A stretch of DNA of 64,000 nucleotides from Octopus sinensis. Its lineage: Eukaryota. Positions 13,295 through 25,696 of this stretch are shown one piece after another; the first letter of the stretch is position 1; every line of letters starts with the position of its first letter. Both the position numbers and the translations under genes were made by a program. The stretch lies in NCBI RefSeq assembly GCF_006345805.1, contig NC_043001.1, positions 107,384,001 to 107,448,000 of the forward strand. Reading direction: 5' to 3'. The notes beneath the pieces were generated by a model. The model made no database searches. It was given only the letters and a program-made list of their open reading frames with translations, and had not been told where the DNA came from.

Positions 13295-13666
13295 TTACAC
13301 GAAGCTTAACTGATATTGGTGTTGTGATCGAATGTGACTTTTTAGCCCAGCTAAAGATCTACAATGTCTTGTGCAGAATTGGCAGCTAAAAACTTTACCG
13401 GCAATAGCCGGCTGTAGTTGTAACTGGGCTTCATGTACCTTTGCATGTCGTTTAAGTCCTCCTGCCGAATTACACTCTCTTCCACATGCCTGACAGATAT
13501 GATTAGTATGGTGTGTAACACCACCACTAGTGGCCAGGTTGTCACTCATCTGTCTCGTTTTATGACTACGAAGATGACTCTTAAGTCCAGCTTTACTGAG
13601 GCAGGGTCTTGCACACACACACTGCATGTCAGCATCATAGGAAGACCCTTCCCTAATGGAAGAGTA
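13295..13666 (-). mobile_element. RTE-type LINE 3' end encoding three C2H2 zinc fingers
   Basis: CVCARPCLSKAGLKSHLRSH, CQACGRECNSAGGLKRHAKVH, CQFCTRHCRSLAGLKSHIRSQH, stop, short tail ending ...gaagccatcat, flanked by (CATA)n. The CxxCxRxCxSxxGLxSH pattern is typical of RTE ORF C-termini. Confidence 0.7.
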
Positions 13667-14339
13667 ACATACATACATACATACATACATACATACATAC
13701 ATACATACATACATACATACATACATACATAACATACATGCATACATACATACATACATACATACATACATACATACATACATACACATACATACATACA
13801 TACATACATACATACATACATACATACATACTTACATACATATACACGTATATACATGAGAGAGCAATACCGACACGAGTTGGAGAAAGTCCCACCGACC
13901 TGATCTTATCAGTGATCAACGAAATTGCGAGATAACAAGTAGCTCAAATCCAAATTCCTAACTTTCGGACAACAATGTCCTGCTATATTGTGCCGCAGTA
14001 ACTGTGCACCAACAGCTGGGAGTAAGAGAGACCGATCCGAACGATAACACAGAGCCAAAAATGGATTTTTTTTTTTCCATCAATGGACTCAGGGAAAAAG
14101 ATAAGTCAGTTGGACTCTATCATCAAAATTCGAGGCTAAATATGAGTTCACGAATCACCAGCTAAGACTGCATGATAGGTTCTCCAAGTTGTATGAGTAA
14201 TGCCGCCGAGAAACAACCACAGAAAAACGTATCGGTCTCAAATATGATCTATGTGCAGTAAGTAAATAACTTGGTTATTGTAAAAAAAAATTACATGAAC
14301 GGAAAATGATAAAATGACAGTTTGCTTGAAATTCACAAG

Positions 14340-16680
14340 CAGTATATTACAGTTATTATGAAACTCCCGAATGGAAAATCATCAGGGAGAGGCCTGATAG
14401 TAGGTTACTGGTACACAAACCTCACGTTCTTCAGGGAAACTCTCATGAACATGTTTAAAATGTAATGGACACTGAGCTAGATATACGAGATTGGCTGACG
14501 TTTGCACGGGCTACTCTTATCCCCACCCTCCCAAAAAACAAAGAAACCCATGTGACCAAAAACTATAGGCTCATAGCATAACAAGATATTAAGACTACAT
14601 ACTGCGGCAGAAAAGAATAAAATTAATGTCACCCACAAATGTTTGTTTTGTTTGCTGACCTGTACACAGGCTGCCTGAATATGTATATGAATATGACCTT
14701 AAGTATACCAATCAATATCACCGTAATATCTTAACGGTATGGCTAGCCTAAAAGAAGGCGTTCGACTCTATGCTTCACTCGTGGGTGGTAGAATCATTAC
14801 GCTTTGCCAAAGTACCAGCTGTTATTGTGAATGGCATTGAAAGATTGACCACAACCTGGTCCACACAGTTATCAGTGACAACTGCTAATGCAACACCAAC
14901 TGTCATGAACACAATTAAGTTATCAATAGGCATATTCCAGGCCGATAGTTTATCTGCAATGTTGTTTGTAGTAACAGTGAATCTTTTGTCAGCCCTTTTA
15001 ACAAGATGCCAACACTACATGCTTGGATATGCAGGAAAGAATAAAATTAATGTCACCCACACATTTTTGTTGAAGACCTAAAGTTATATTCTAGTAATAT
15101 GAATAAACTGGAGGGATAATTGGAACTAGTTACAATATTCTCACGAGATATAGGAATAGAGTTTGAGTAAGATGAATGCTCATATATGATAGACAACCGA
15201 GGAAAGATTCTCGATCAAGCAAAGAACATGTGCATCAACGGCTTGTCTGTCTCCCCTATCTCTAATGATGGAAGTTACAAGCACCTCGGAATCAATGAGA
15301 ATGTTGCATACGTTGGTACTGTGACTAAAGCCCGAATAACAAAAAGAATACTTCTGTAAACTCTGGAAAATATGGAACTCAGAGCTGTCTGCATTTAATA
15401 AGATCGTACACCACAATTCTTCTGCAGTACCAGTTCTAGTACCAACATTTTAATTATTGGACTAGACACTCAATGAAATACGCAGTCTGGACATAAAAAC
15501 CAGAAACGAACTGACCAACACTGGCAACTTCCACATTAACTGTGACACCGACAGGAGAAAAAGTGATGGCGGTTGAGGCATAAGGCCAGTCCAAACAGCA
15601 TTTGAATGTCATATTGTACCAGTCAGAGCTGCTGGACAGTAATGAAAGAAATGAGTACATTCCATAAATACTCAAAATGGAGATCAAAAACGTCTTCAGA
15701 GTTGAAGAACTACTGTGCAGGCACTCTGAGGATACATGTCTCATACGCCCCAAATGAGGCTGGACTCGCCTATCTAAAGAGAAGCTTGGAGGAGATGTTG
15801 GTATCATACCAACAAAAAGCAATGCATGGGTACATACCCCGTAAACTAAAGGGCCACAGCAGCATTGACAGAAAAAGTCGATTCTCCTGGACCTGCGATA
15901 GATACATTACATTCTATCTCGAAGAATATGTCTTCACTATCCAGGAACAGGAGATAGGTCCTAAATACCTGAGGGACAAAGATATCCCCAAACCTTCACG
16001 CTATGATAAAAATGTCGACTCTGCTATATCAACGTGGAAGATACCAACCACATTATCAGCAGCTGCTTTAAAACGTCTACGAGATGCTACCTGCTCCTGA
16101 GGCATGACGTAATTGCAATAACTATTTACAATGCTCTGATGTATGCATCAAATACATGTCAGAAGCAACAGGTATTCATTCTTTAAGGCGGCGAGCTGGC
16201 AGAAACGTTAGTGCGCCGGGCGAAATGCTGCGCGGTATTTCATCTGAGTTCTGAGTTCAAATTCTGCCAAGGTCGACTTTGCCTTTCATTCTATCGGGGT
16301 CGATTAAATAAGTACTAGTTACGCACTGGGGTCGATGTAACCGACTTAATCCGTTTGTCTGTCCTTGTTTGTCTCCTCCATGTTTAGCCTCTTGTGGGCA
16401 TTAAAGAAATAGGTATTCATTCTTTTAAAAACAAGGAATACTGGTGGAATACCCCAATAAAATATCAATTCGGTGCAAAGATGATAGACCTGATATTATT
16501 CTGTAGGACAGGAACAAAAGTTGTGCACTGCTGTAGATGTCAGCGGTCCAGTGGATGTGAATTTATAATTATAAGTCCAGAGGATGTTTATGGCGAATTA
16601 GTGGGCAACTTACAGCTCTTGTACTCTATGAATTCTCATTTGTTATTATCATCAGCGGTGCATTAGGTTATATACCAACT
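14340..16680 (+). mobile_element. Degenerate RLE-type (R4/Dong-like) non-LTR retrotransposon
   Basis: RT motifs SIGIFQADSLSAMLF and YKHLGI, HINCDTDR; C-terminal RHDVIA and EYWWNTPI..RPDII; many frameshifts; SINE inserted at 16187-16410. Confidence 0.85.
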
Positions 16681-16759
16681 CATTTGTACAAAAAAAAAAA
16701 CAGAAAACTAGAAATTCTTGGTTTCACGGAAAAACAACAAAAGAAACTGACGCGGATTC

Positions 16760-17190
16760 TCTAAACGCAATCTAAGCAGTTATCCAAAAATGTCATCGCG
16801 TTACTATCTACCGATGAGACATGATGTTGTAAGCAAGGGACTGTATAGTGGGATACGCGGAAAGAGTAAACATGAGGTCAAAAATATAAGAACCCACAGT
16901 ATGGTAGATACCATAGCCACTCATAATAAGTCCTGGTGGAATATTCCAGAGAAAAGCTCAATAAAATGTAAACACAACAGACCTGAGACAATGGTTTGGG
17001 ACGCAGAAGAGAACCTGTGTACAGTTGTGGGAATGAGCTGTCCAGCCGATGTTAACATAAAGCCAAAGATGAGCGAAAAGGAAAATACCTACGCTCAACT
17101 GTTGAGGAATCTACAGTTACTGTACCTGGAATACAAGACATTATGCCAAGAATCATTGGCTCATCTTCGTCGTTGTTTAGTTCCAGACTA
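16760..17190 (+). mobile_element. Second RLE-type LINE C-terminal fragment
   Basis: MSSRYYLPMRHDVVSK...WWNIP..KCKHNRPETMVWD...SCPADVN..KENTYAQLLRNLQLLY. Confidence 0.85.
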
Positions 17191-17909
17191 AACATAATTG
17201 AACAAAAATCTAAATTCAAAAGATATTTCTTTCATAATCTTCATTTTGTCTATGCCTAAGACTGTACGCATTGAACGGCCGAATGATTAAGAAGTTCGTA
17301 CGCAACTCAAGGCAACGTTGTTCGATTTCACTGCGCGATATTCTTCGATAAATGTAATTTTTTTTAGGCTACAATTCGATCATTGTGTGTAAAGATGTAT
17401 ATACGGAAGCTGTATAGAAAGAAACTCGTCCGATGGGTTGTGCCTTGTCACACTTTATGTCACTCTATGTCACACTATGTCACACTGTATGTCACACTGT
17501 ATGTGTGGAGGTACATGGCCTAGTGGTTAGAGCAGCTGACTCGCGGTCGAGGGATCGCGGGTTCGAATCTCAGACCGTGCGATGTGTGTGTTTATGAGCG
17601 AAATACCTAAGCTCCATGCGGCTCCGGCAGAAGGTAATGGTGAACTTCTGCTGACTCTTTCGCCACAACTTTCTCTCACTCTTTCCTCCTGCATCTTGCA
17701 GCTCATCTGCGACGGACTGGCGTCCCATCCACGTGGGGAACATATACGCCAAGGAAACCGGGAAACCGGCCCTTATGAGCCAGGCATGGCTTGAGAAGGA
17801 ACAAACAAAAAAAGCAAAAACAAAAAAAAAAACAAACACTATGTCACATTTTTTCTCAGAATATTTTGCACAATAATTTTTAAAGAAATCTGGACAACTT
17901 TCTTATTGC

Positions 17910-18380
17910 TAACCATTCAACTTGCTGCTACCCGCATGGTTCATGGTCTCAAAAATTTGTCTTATGAAGAAAGGCTGAAGACGCTCGACCTTTATTCTCT
18001 AGAAAAACGCCGCCGCCGTGGTGATCTGATTCTCGCTCACAACATCGTAAGCGGAAAGTGTAACCTCTCGAAAGAGCTGTTCTTCACTCCTGCTCCAGAG
18101 CGTCGGCTGCGGGGTCATTCCGAAAAGCTCTACCTGCGACGATTTCATCTCAATCGAAGGAGAGGAGCTTTCGCCGTCCGGGTTGCGGATCCGTGGAACA
18201 AGCTGCCGGACGAGATGGTGAAGATGCCGACGACCGCTTTGTTCAAAGTCTCCCTTGACCTCAAGTGGCCTGAACTCTTTACATGAACACCACCCTGTAC
18301 TTAACTCCATGTCCCCCTACATGGCCTTGCTATTTGCTTTTGAGCCAAATTAACTAACTAACTAACTAACTAACTAACTT
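17910..18380 (+). mobile_element. Young CR1-like LINE 3' end with (TAAC)n tail
   Basis: Uninterrupted LSYEERLKTLDLYSLEKRRRRGDLI...LRGHSEKL...FAVRVADPWNKLP...FKVSLD to a stop at 18286, short 3' UTR, tandem TAAC tail at about 18350-18379. Confidence 0.92.
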
Positions 18381-19420
18381 CAAATTACAATTGTTAATTG
18401 ATGGACGTCAAGCAGACTGGGATGTACATATAATGTTATCGTATAAAGGGGAAGTTCAATAGGAAGTGTTGAACTCATTATTTTGTGGTTAGTAATACAT
18501 TACCTTAAATTTGAAGCCATTAAGTCTTTAAGCTATTTTACTGCGTTTAGTCTTTCAACGTTCGCCATGATGGAGTATCACCTTAAAAAATTTAATTGAT
18601 CATACTGACCTCAGTACATATTTCAATCTGTCATTTATTTTATAGATCTCTGCTTGATGAACTGCTAAGTTTGAGACATAGTGGGACATAATACTCGATT
18701 TAACAACAAATGTAAACACACGCACACACATATTAGGCGCAAGAATGACTGCGTGGTTGAGACGTTTGCTTCGAAATCACATCGTCCCACGTTCAGCCCA
18801 TCTGCATGGTACCATGGGCAAGTGTTTTCTACTATAGCCCTAGGCCAACCACAGACTTGTGACTGAATTTGGTGGACGGAAACTGCAGCACTGATCATCA
18901 GAAAATGACCGGAAAACATGTTTATAAAAAAGAGTTGTTTGCTTCATACTCCACGTGTGCCGATTCTGCCCATAAGAAAGGAACAAATAATACAATGTGG
19001 GTGTAGGTCATAACACCTGGGCAACGCCGGGGTGTATGGCAAGTAACGAAAATGAAGAAGCAGCACCCATACCGCTGTAATGCTGCTACTATTGCTGCGG
19101 GAGCTGTTTATGATGGAAATAAATAAATAAATGAATTCATAAAAAATACATAAATTGATAATTGTCCTACATAGAATCAAGTAACTTTTTGATACCGAAT
19201 GTCAATAAGTACTTTGAAATAAAGTTAAATATAGAAAACAATAAAATGTATTCACACTTAGTCATGCATCCAAACGATTTTATTATTTTTTCTTCTGGAA
19301 CAGACTAACTGCATGTATATAATTGCGTGTGTCTATGTGTCTATGTGTACTTCAGGATGTGTACACCTACACGTAATACACACACACACACACACATGCA
19401 CGCACGCATACTCACACACA

Positions 19421-20276
19421 CGTTGTCTGATCAATAGGTATCCAGTCTGTTGTCATAGTAACGAAGCTAGAGCACGCAGAGTAAAACCGCTTCGCACAGA
19501 TTGACCTTAAACTTTGATGTGCAGGCTCACTAAGTTTTAATGTTCTGGCTCAAATCCGCATTTTACAGCAGTGCTTTGAAGGAAGGTGCGTAGCGTGTGA
19601 TCGTCGCACCGAAAATGACAGAGAAAGTTGAGCAGAGAGTCTGCATCAAATTTTGCCAAAAGTTTGGTTATACCTGTTCAGAAGCCTACGCAAATTTTCA
19701 AAAGGTTTTCATCATTCTCAACACAATCAAGGACATCTTGTGCAACTGAAACCCAATTGTCTTTTTGGTCAGCTGAAAGCAATTTTGACACAAACTTGGC
19801 AGACAGGCATCTCATATACAAATCTTTAGTGATAATGGACTGAAATGTAACTAATCTGCACGTTTTCTGATAACTCACGGATGGTGATTCTACGATTTCC
19901 TCTCACAGCTGCACGCACATCTCCGATGTTTTTCTCAGTTCTGCTGGTTGCTGGTCTCCCAGAAAGTTCGTCAATATCGACATTTTTTCGGCCATCTTGG
20001 AAACGTGAGAACCACTCGTAGACTTTCTGCAACTTTGCGTAGGCCTCTGAGTCGGTTTCGCCATGACAAATATCTTTGTCATGGTCAATGCAACGATCAC
20101 ACGCTATACAACTTCCTTCCAAGCACTGCTGTAGACAGCGGAGGTGAGCCAGATCGTTAAAACGTATTGCGCATGCACAGTAGAGTTCAAGGTCAATCTT
20201 TGCAAAGCGGCTCTATTCTGCGTACTTTAGCTTCGTTATTATGGCAACAGTATGGTAACTTATTGATCAGACCGCA
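19421..20276. mobile_element. Mariner-derived element made of two inverted 5' ends
   Basis: Ends gtctgatcaatag / tattgatcagac with TA after the right end. Left arm encodes MTEKVEQRVCIKFCQKFG (+); right arm encodes VYEWFSRFQDGR..SGRPATSRT..NRRITIREL..AKFVSKLL (-). Confidence 0.85.
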
Positions 20277-20297
20277 TATAAATACATAAATACAAAC

Positions 20298-20328
<31 letters not shown>

Positions 20329-20392
20329 TATTGGTAAAAACGGTTTGAAAACAAAAGAAAGAGACCTGAATATTATGTAAATAGAGGAATTT

Positions 20393-20554
20393 ATCTGTAA
20401 AATAATATGTGACAATTATTTAGTGGCCAAGATAAAACTCTGAGTTTCGGAGGCGGATAACCGAAGAGATGGTGGTGTGGATTTCCACCTCGGCATCCGA
20501 AACTCAGAGTTTTATCTTGGCTACTGAATTGTTGTCACATATTATTTTACAGAT
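20393..20554. repeat. Inverted repeat of about 59 bp enclosing hammerhead H3
   Basis: atctgtaaaataatatgtgacaa...gagtttcgga (20393-20451) vs tccgaaactcagag...ttttacagat (20496-20554). Confidence 0.8.
20456..20516 (+). ncRNA. Hammerhead motif family H3 (U4C variant)
   Basis: GAUAA-CCGAAGA-GAUG...CAUC-C-GAAA-CUCAGAG-UU-UUAUC. Stem I 5 bp, stem II with an inner GUGG/CCAC hairpin, stem III ACUC-A-GAGU; one change from CUGAAGA. Confidence 0.6.
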
Positions 20555-20599
20555 ATATATGTATATATTTAAAAACTTAGATAAAACTTAGATATGTTT

Positions 20600-21070
20600 C
20601 GACCAGAGATTGGTCCAGGCCATGTCTAACTTAATAGCACCACCTGATAGGATTATTCGAATCCTGTTTAAGTCAAGTTTTGTTCAAGTAGTGAGTTCTT
20701 GTTGGGTGAGTTGTATCCAGTTTTGTTCAAGTAGTGAGTTCTTGTTGGGTGAGTTGTATCCAATTATGGGTGGCTTATCTGGTATTCTTTGAAGGAATCT
20801 ATCCAGACTCTGTTTAAAGTTGATGGGATCCTTTTCCTCTTTGATCTCCCTCGGGACAATGTTAAATAGGGCAGGGCCTGTTGAGGAAAAGAAATTATGT
20901 TGCAGTGTACATGTATGTTGTGATCTTGAATTTGGCAGTGGACGTATAGCTCGTGGTCCAAGTCTTGGATGAACCTTGAAGCTAATGTTTAGGTCGTTTG
21001 GGCAAAGTTGGCGGTATATTTTCCACATCGTACAAATGATGTACCGCTCACGGCGACGCTGGAGGGAGTA
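20600..21070 (-). mobile_element. CR1-like LINE 3' fragment
   Basis: YSLQRRRERYIICTMWK...GPALFNIVP...FKQSLDRFLQRIPDKP...NSLLE; includes a tandem duplication of about 40 bp near 20680-20760. Confidence 0.85.
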
Positions 21071-21689
21071 ATATATATATATATAACTTACGCACACATA
21101 GACTTTTATGCGCGTGCGAGGGATTTTGTGTGTATAAAAAGAGCCTTATAGTAAAACTGGAGAACTCCCCTCGACGAATCGACTGCAGAGAAACAATCTT
21201 ACGCACACGCGCACAGACAAAGCAGAAGAGTAGCTTACATATGTAAAAAATGCAAATGAGTTAAAAGTGCTACATTTGCTCATTTGCATATCAACACACT
21301 CGTTGACAGCCACTATTAATCAACTAAAATATTGAAACAATGCGTGTGTGTGAGTGTGAATATTTTGTAAATATACATACATTTCCCCGTCACTTAGCGG
21401 TTCGGCAAAAAGAGCTCGATAGGATAAGTACTGGGCTTACAAAGAATAAGTCTCGGGGTCGATTTCCTCGACTAAAGGCGGTGCTCCAGCATGGCCGCGG
21501 TCAAATGACTGAAACAAGTAAAAGAGTAAAAGAGTAAAAGAGTAAAAGAGTATACATGCTTATTTCTTATTTCGTTCCCTAAACATAAATTCAACTGAGT
21601 TGAGTAAATCAACCCCGTAGTTAAACCAAATGATTTTCTCTGCAGAATGAACTACAGAAAAACTTGTCTAATTTCAACGACTCATTACA

Positions 21690-21910
21690 GTTTCACTGGA
21701 GGTATTCACTTAATGTGTAGTTGATTGGGAGTTTTAGTAAGACTTCACACACGGCACGCAGTTGTTCTTGTGGAATCGAAGCTCATTCCTGGCGTAGTTT
21801 TGCCTTCAGAGCATCGAGTGAAGCATGAGGAGTGCTCAAAACCCTCGTCTTCAAAATAGACCAAACAGAAAAATCCATTGGGTTGACATCGGAGTTTCTT
21901 GAAAGCTATA
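21690..21910 (-). mobile_element. Tc1/mariner (DD37D-like) transposase C-terminal remnant
   Basis: SRNSDVNPMDFSVWSILKTRVLSTPHASLDALKAKLRQE*ASIPQEQLRA, matching the SPDLNPLDFSVWSIL..PH.SL..LK..L...W..IP pattern. Confidence 0.75.
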
Positions 21911-22139
21911 CATCTTTATCTGTAAAGCGGCAACCTGGCAGAAATGTTAGCACGCCGGGCGAAATGCGTAGCCGTATTTCGTCTGCTGTTATGTTCTGAG
22001 TTCAAATTTCGCCGAGGTCGACTTTGCTTTTCATCCTTTCGGGGTCGATAAATTAAGTACCAGTTACACACTGGGGTCGATGTAATCGACTTAATACCTA
22101 TGTCTGTCCTTGTTTGTCCCCTCTATGTTTTTTTTCTGA

Positions 22140-22430
22140 ATCCAGTGTTGTGCCTGTTTGGAGCTGTTGGATGATACCGAAACCCGTTGGAGGCTCTCAC
22201 TTATTTCGGCCGCTTGTATCCGGATTCGTAATCTTTCGGTCGTTACTCAACATTCGCGACCATAGGTAAGAATAGGCAGGAAAATCAATGTGAAATAGCA
22301 ATTTTGGCATTTTTCCAACCTTTCCTCATCTGAAGGTCAAATGTTAGAACTGACTTATATCTATGCCAGCACCTGTAACTCAAGCTCTCAATCCAGCCAC
22401 CCGATACTCGTCAGTCGTGAATACAACCCT
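22140..22430 (-). mobile_element. RTE LINE fragment
   Basis: IFLPILTYGREC*VTTERLRIRIQAAEIS, matching the RTE motif LTYGxECWxxTxxxxxRIQAxEM. Confidence 0.75.
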
Positions 22431-22449
22431 GAAGTACTTACACTTCGAT

Positions 22450-22812
22450 GGAGGCACAATGGCCCAGTGGTTAGGGCAGCGGACTCGCGGTCGTAAGATC
22501 GCGGTTTCGATTCGCAAACCGGGTATTGTGAGTGTTTATTGAGCAAAAACATCTAAAGCTCTACGAAGCTCCGGCAGGGGTGGTGGCGAATCCCGCTGAT
22601 TTCTTTTACCACAACTTTCTCTCAGTCTTTCTTCCTGTTTCTGTATTTCAAAGGGCCAGCCTTGCCACACTCTGTGTCGCGCTGAATCTCCCCAAGAACT
22701 ACGTCAAGGGTAAACGTGTCTGTGAAGTGCTTAGCCACTTGCACGTTAATTTCACGAGCAGGCTGTTCCGTTGATCGGATCAACTGGAACCCTCGTCGTC
22801 GTAACCAACGTT
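22450..22812 (+). mobile_element. tRNA-derived SINE family C
   Basis: GGAGGCACAATGGCCCAGTGGTTAGGGCAGCGGACTCGCGGTCG...GGTTTCGATTC tRNA-like head. Other copies at about 17508-17800, 36884-37250, 49727-49892, 58490-58660 (old). Confidence 0.88.
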
Positions 22813-23039
22813 CGACTAACATTTAGGGAGCGCGAGGAAATTCTCGAAATATTTTTATTAGAAGTTCTTTTTAAATTACCATGCCTCATAGTAAGAAATA
22901 TGAATTTCTCTCATCCCTTGGATGATATTCGTTTTTCAAATGCAAAACACTTGTCAATACTCTATCAGTTATCAATTGCATAATTGCTATCAGTGTATAA
23001 TTTTACACAAAATACATCAATATATCCCAATGATACTAT

Positions 23040-23410
23040 CGGTTTGTTTAAGAATGTTGAATGAAATACGCATGTTTCTAGACGTGAATTATTCAAACCC
23101 TAAAGAATTCTTTTTAACATATAGCGATAATGCTCCCCCACTACTTCTGCTCGTGATCAGAGATGCTCATATGGTCAGCCATTAAGGAACATGCTCAAAT
23201 AGTTAAAGTCCCGCAACTGAAAAGCAAATCTGTGGTACAGAGCAGAATAGTTCCTGTAACCCATCTTTTATACAAATACAAAGCATGTACGTGATAACAC
23301 TTCCAATCAGTTAAGATCAAAAGTTATGAGAGCTAGTGCCTGGTACTGCATGAGGGCACTGAGAGCCACTGCTTGGTACTGCATCAGAGCATTTATTATT
23401 ATTATTGCCT
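23040..23410 (+). mobile_element. Dispersed retroposon 3' region ending in (TTA)n; inverted relative at about 48991-49700
   Basis: cttccaatcagttaagatc...gagccactgcttggtactgcatcagagcat(tta)n is the reverse complement of 48991-49400. Confidence 0.7.
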
Positions 23411-23700
23411 TTGCACAGCTTCTAACGCTGGAGGTGTACTACAGTGTCAGCTGTTCACTGCCAGTGAACTAAGGTAATACCTCTTATTTTTCGAGCACCT
23501 TCCGGAGTAATCGAGCGGTTTCAAGCAGTGCTGTTTTCTGCAAGTGCTCCACCCTTACTGTAGCCCCTATTTGTTCCACGTACTTCTCGAGATTCTTACT
23601 CCTTGTTCCCAGGGCTCTGACAATTATTAGTACTACTGCTACCTTTTTCATCGATCACACCTGTTTAACTTCCCAAGCTAACCTGTCATATCTTTCGATT
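23410..23700 (-). mobile_element. RLE-type LINE 3' end
   Basis: RYDRLAWEVK...IIVRALGT..KNLEKYVEQIGATVRVEHLQKTALLETARLLRKVLE*. Confidence 0.85.
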
Positions 23701-23786
23701 TTCTTTATTCCTTGTTGTCAGCTGGGCATGCTTTGATCCAGCATAGTTTGTTTTCTTTCTCAATGAAATTATTATTATTATTATTA

Positions 23787-23857
<71 letters not shown>

Positions 23858-23949
23858 ATTATTATTATTATTAATAGTTTCATATACACACAGCATATTA
23901 GACTCTTGGAAATGAAAAAAATCCTAACATGGGGCTCTCACAAGTAACT

Positions 23950-24330
23950 TTAGATGCTAAGAACCCTCTTAAGTATCCTAGCTGTCCCTAACAGCACCGG
24001 TTTCTGGAGCTGTACTAAACTTTATTTCTTGCCTATATTCTCTGTCCATCTGTTCAGCTCTTTAGGGATAGTTCCCAATACACTTACATCTACTGGGATA
24101 CATTTTACCCACACTTATTATAGTTTCTGTAATTTAATGGCTAGGTCCTGGTATTTTGCTATTTTTTCTATACCTCTCATATTGATTTTTTCATCATTTG
24201 GGACTGTAAAGTTAATTATCTGGCACTTTCTATTCTCTTTATCTACTACTTCTAAATCAGGCCTTCTAGCTTCTATTACTCTGTCAGTCTGAATATTAAA
24301 GTCCTACATCTTGTATTTCTTACTTTCTAG
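23950..24330 (-). mobile_element. RLE-type LINE 3' end
   Basis: QTDRVIEARRPDLEVVDKENRKCQIINFTVPND...KYQDLA...LGTIPK...LQKPVLLGTARILKRVL (antisense of ORF-track entry 23954..24292). Confidence 0.88.
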
Positions 24331-24832
24331 TATATTACTAAATTCATTTTTATACCTTCTGAGCGGGGTTGAAATATTCTGTTTGCATCTGGTTTGGGGT
24401 GGTGACTACACTCAAATTGGGCAATGATTCTCCTCCAACTTGGACAGCTGAGTACAAAAACTAAGTTGATGCACAGCCTTTTTCAAGTAGCTCTAAAAAA
24501 GATGATTTAAAACACAAGAACACTGTAATCATATAAAAAAATTTCACGGTCTGTAGTTATAAAAGAATTGCATGAATTAAAGAAGCATTTTAAAAAACTT
24601 TCTTGCAGAAAATGTGGGAAATATGTTAACAGGCGGAGAAATATGTAACAAACAACGGAGACTACTTTAAAAAAACCAAGTAATTCTTTGTACAATCTGT
24701 TCTCATGGTTTATTGTTAGTGGTGTAGTCAATCTTTTGAATACCCACCCTGAATACAGAAATATTCACAAACACAAACAAATAACTCCCACTCCACCGCA
24801 TATACATACATACATACATATATATATATATA

Positions 24833-24985
24833 CCAATTAAGGACTGAACACGAAAAGGTGGACAGTCAACATGCTAGATATAGACGTCAAATCGCCATTC
24901 TCGTCTATATCTCGTCTATATCGCGATTTGACGTCTATATCTAGCATGTTGACTGTCCACCTTTTCGTGTTCAGTCCTTAATTGG
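24833..24985. repeat. Perfect 63-bp inverted repeat with 27-bp spacer
   Basis: 24833-24895 is the exact reverse complement of 24923-24985; flanked by TATA. Confidence 0.95.
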
Positions 24986-25072
24986 TATATATAAATATTT
25001 TAATCTTCGGATTCTTTTTAATGTGCTAGACCACTGGTTTTAATTGACTAATATCAATTTTTATCCTTAATT

Positions 25073-25142
<70 letters not shown>

Positions 25143-25651
25143 GTATGTATGTACGTACGTTTATCTACACACAAAGTCATACAAGCATAGACTTTGATTT
25201 CAAACTTTAGTACAAGGCCTACAAGTTTGTGGGGGAGGGGTAAGTCGATTACATCGACCCCAGAGCACATTTCATCGATCTCGATGATGAGAGGCGCAGT
25301 CAATCTCGACAGAATTTGATCATCTCAGAACATAAGAACGGACGAAATGCCACTAAGCATTTTATCCGGCGTGCTAACCGTTCTGCCAGCCTGTCTCCTT
25401 AATGCACACAGAAAAATTCATTATAATTTTTATACAGTTTCAAAGTATAGACGGTGGCGACTTATTCAAACTGTTAGTTTATCAATGAGCTGTCGTTGCT
25501 AAAACTTTGTACTCATCCACTAAGGGTGGATGCTATTGTAGCTTGTAGCCCCAGGTGAACATCTTCTCCAGCTGGCTATTGACACACTTTCTGTGCCCTA
25601 TCGGTATTTGCAAAAGGAAGCCATCCTTCCCATCGTCGACCTGACGTGATA

Positions 25652-25696
25652 CACACGGACCCGGGTTTCTGGGTATTTACCCGTCGTCAGCGCACG
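25652..25696 (-). ncRNA. Minimal type-I hammerhead ribozyme (family H2)
   Basis: Reverse complement reads CGUGCG-CUGACGA-C-GGGU-AAAU-ACCC-A-GAAA-CCCGGG-UC-CGUGUG: intact core, GUC triplet, stem III palindrome ACCCGGGU, C.A at positions 10.1/11.1. Confidence 0.78.

Noticed and set aside
22146-22265. 120-nt exon-like segment with good AG and GTAAGA sites
   Set aside because: It is the antisense strand of an RTE fragment, and its open frame resembles no protein; exonisation is unsupported.
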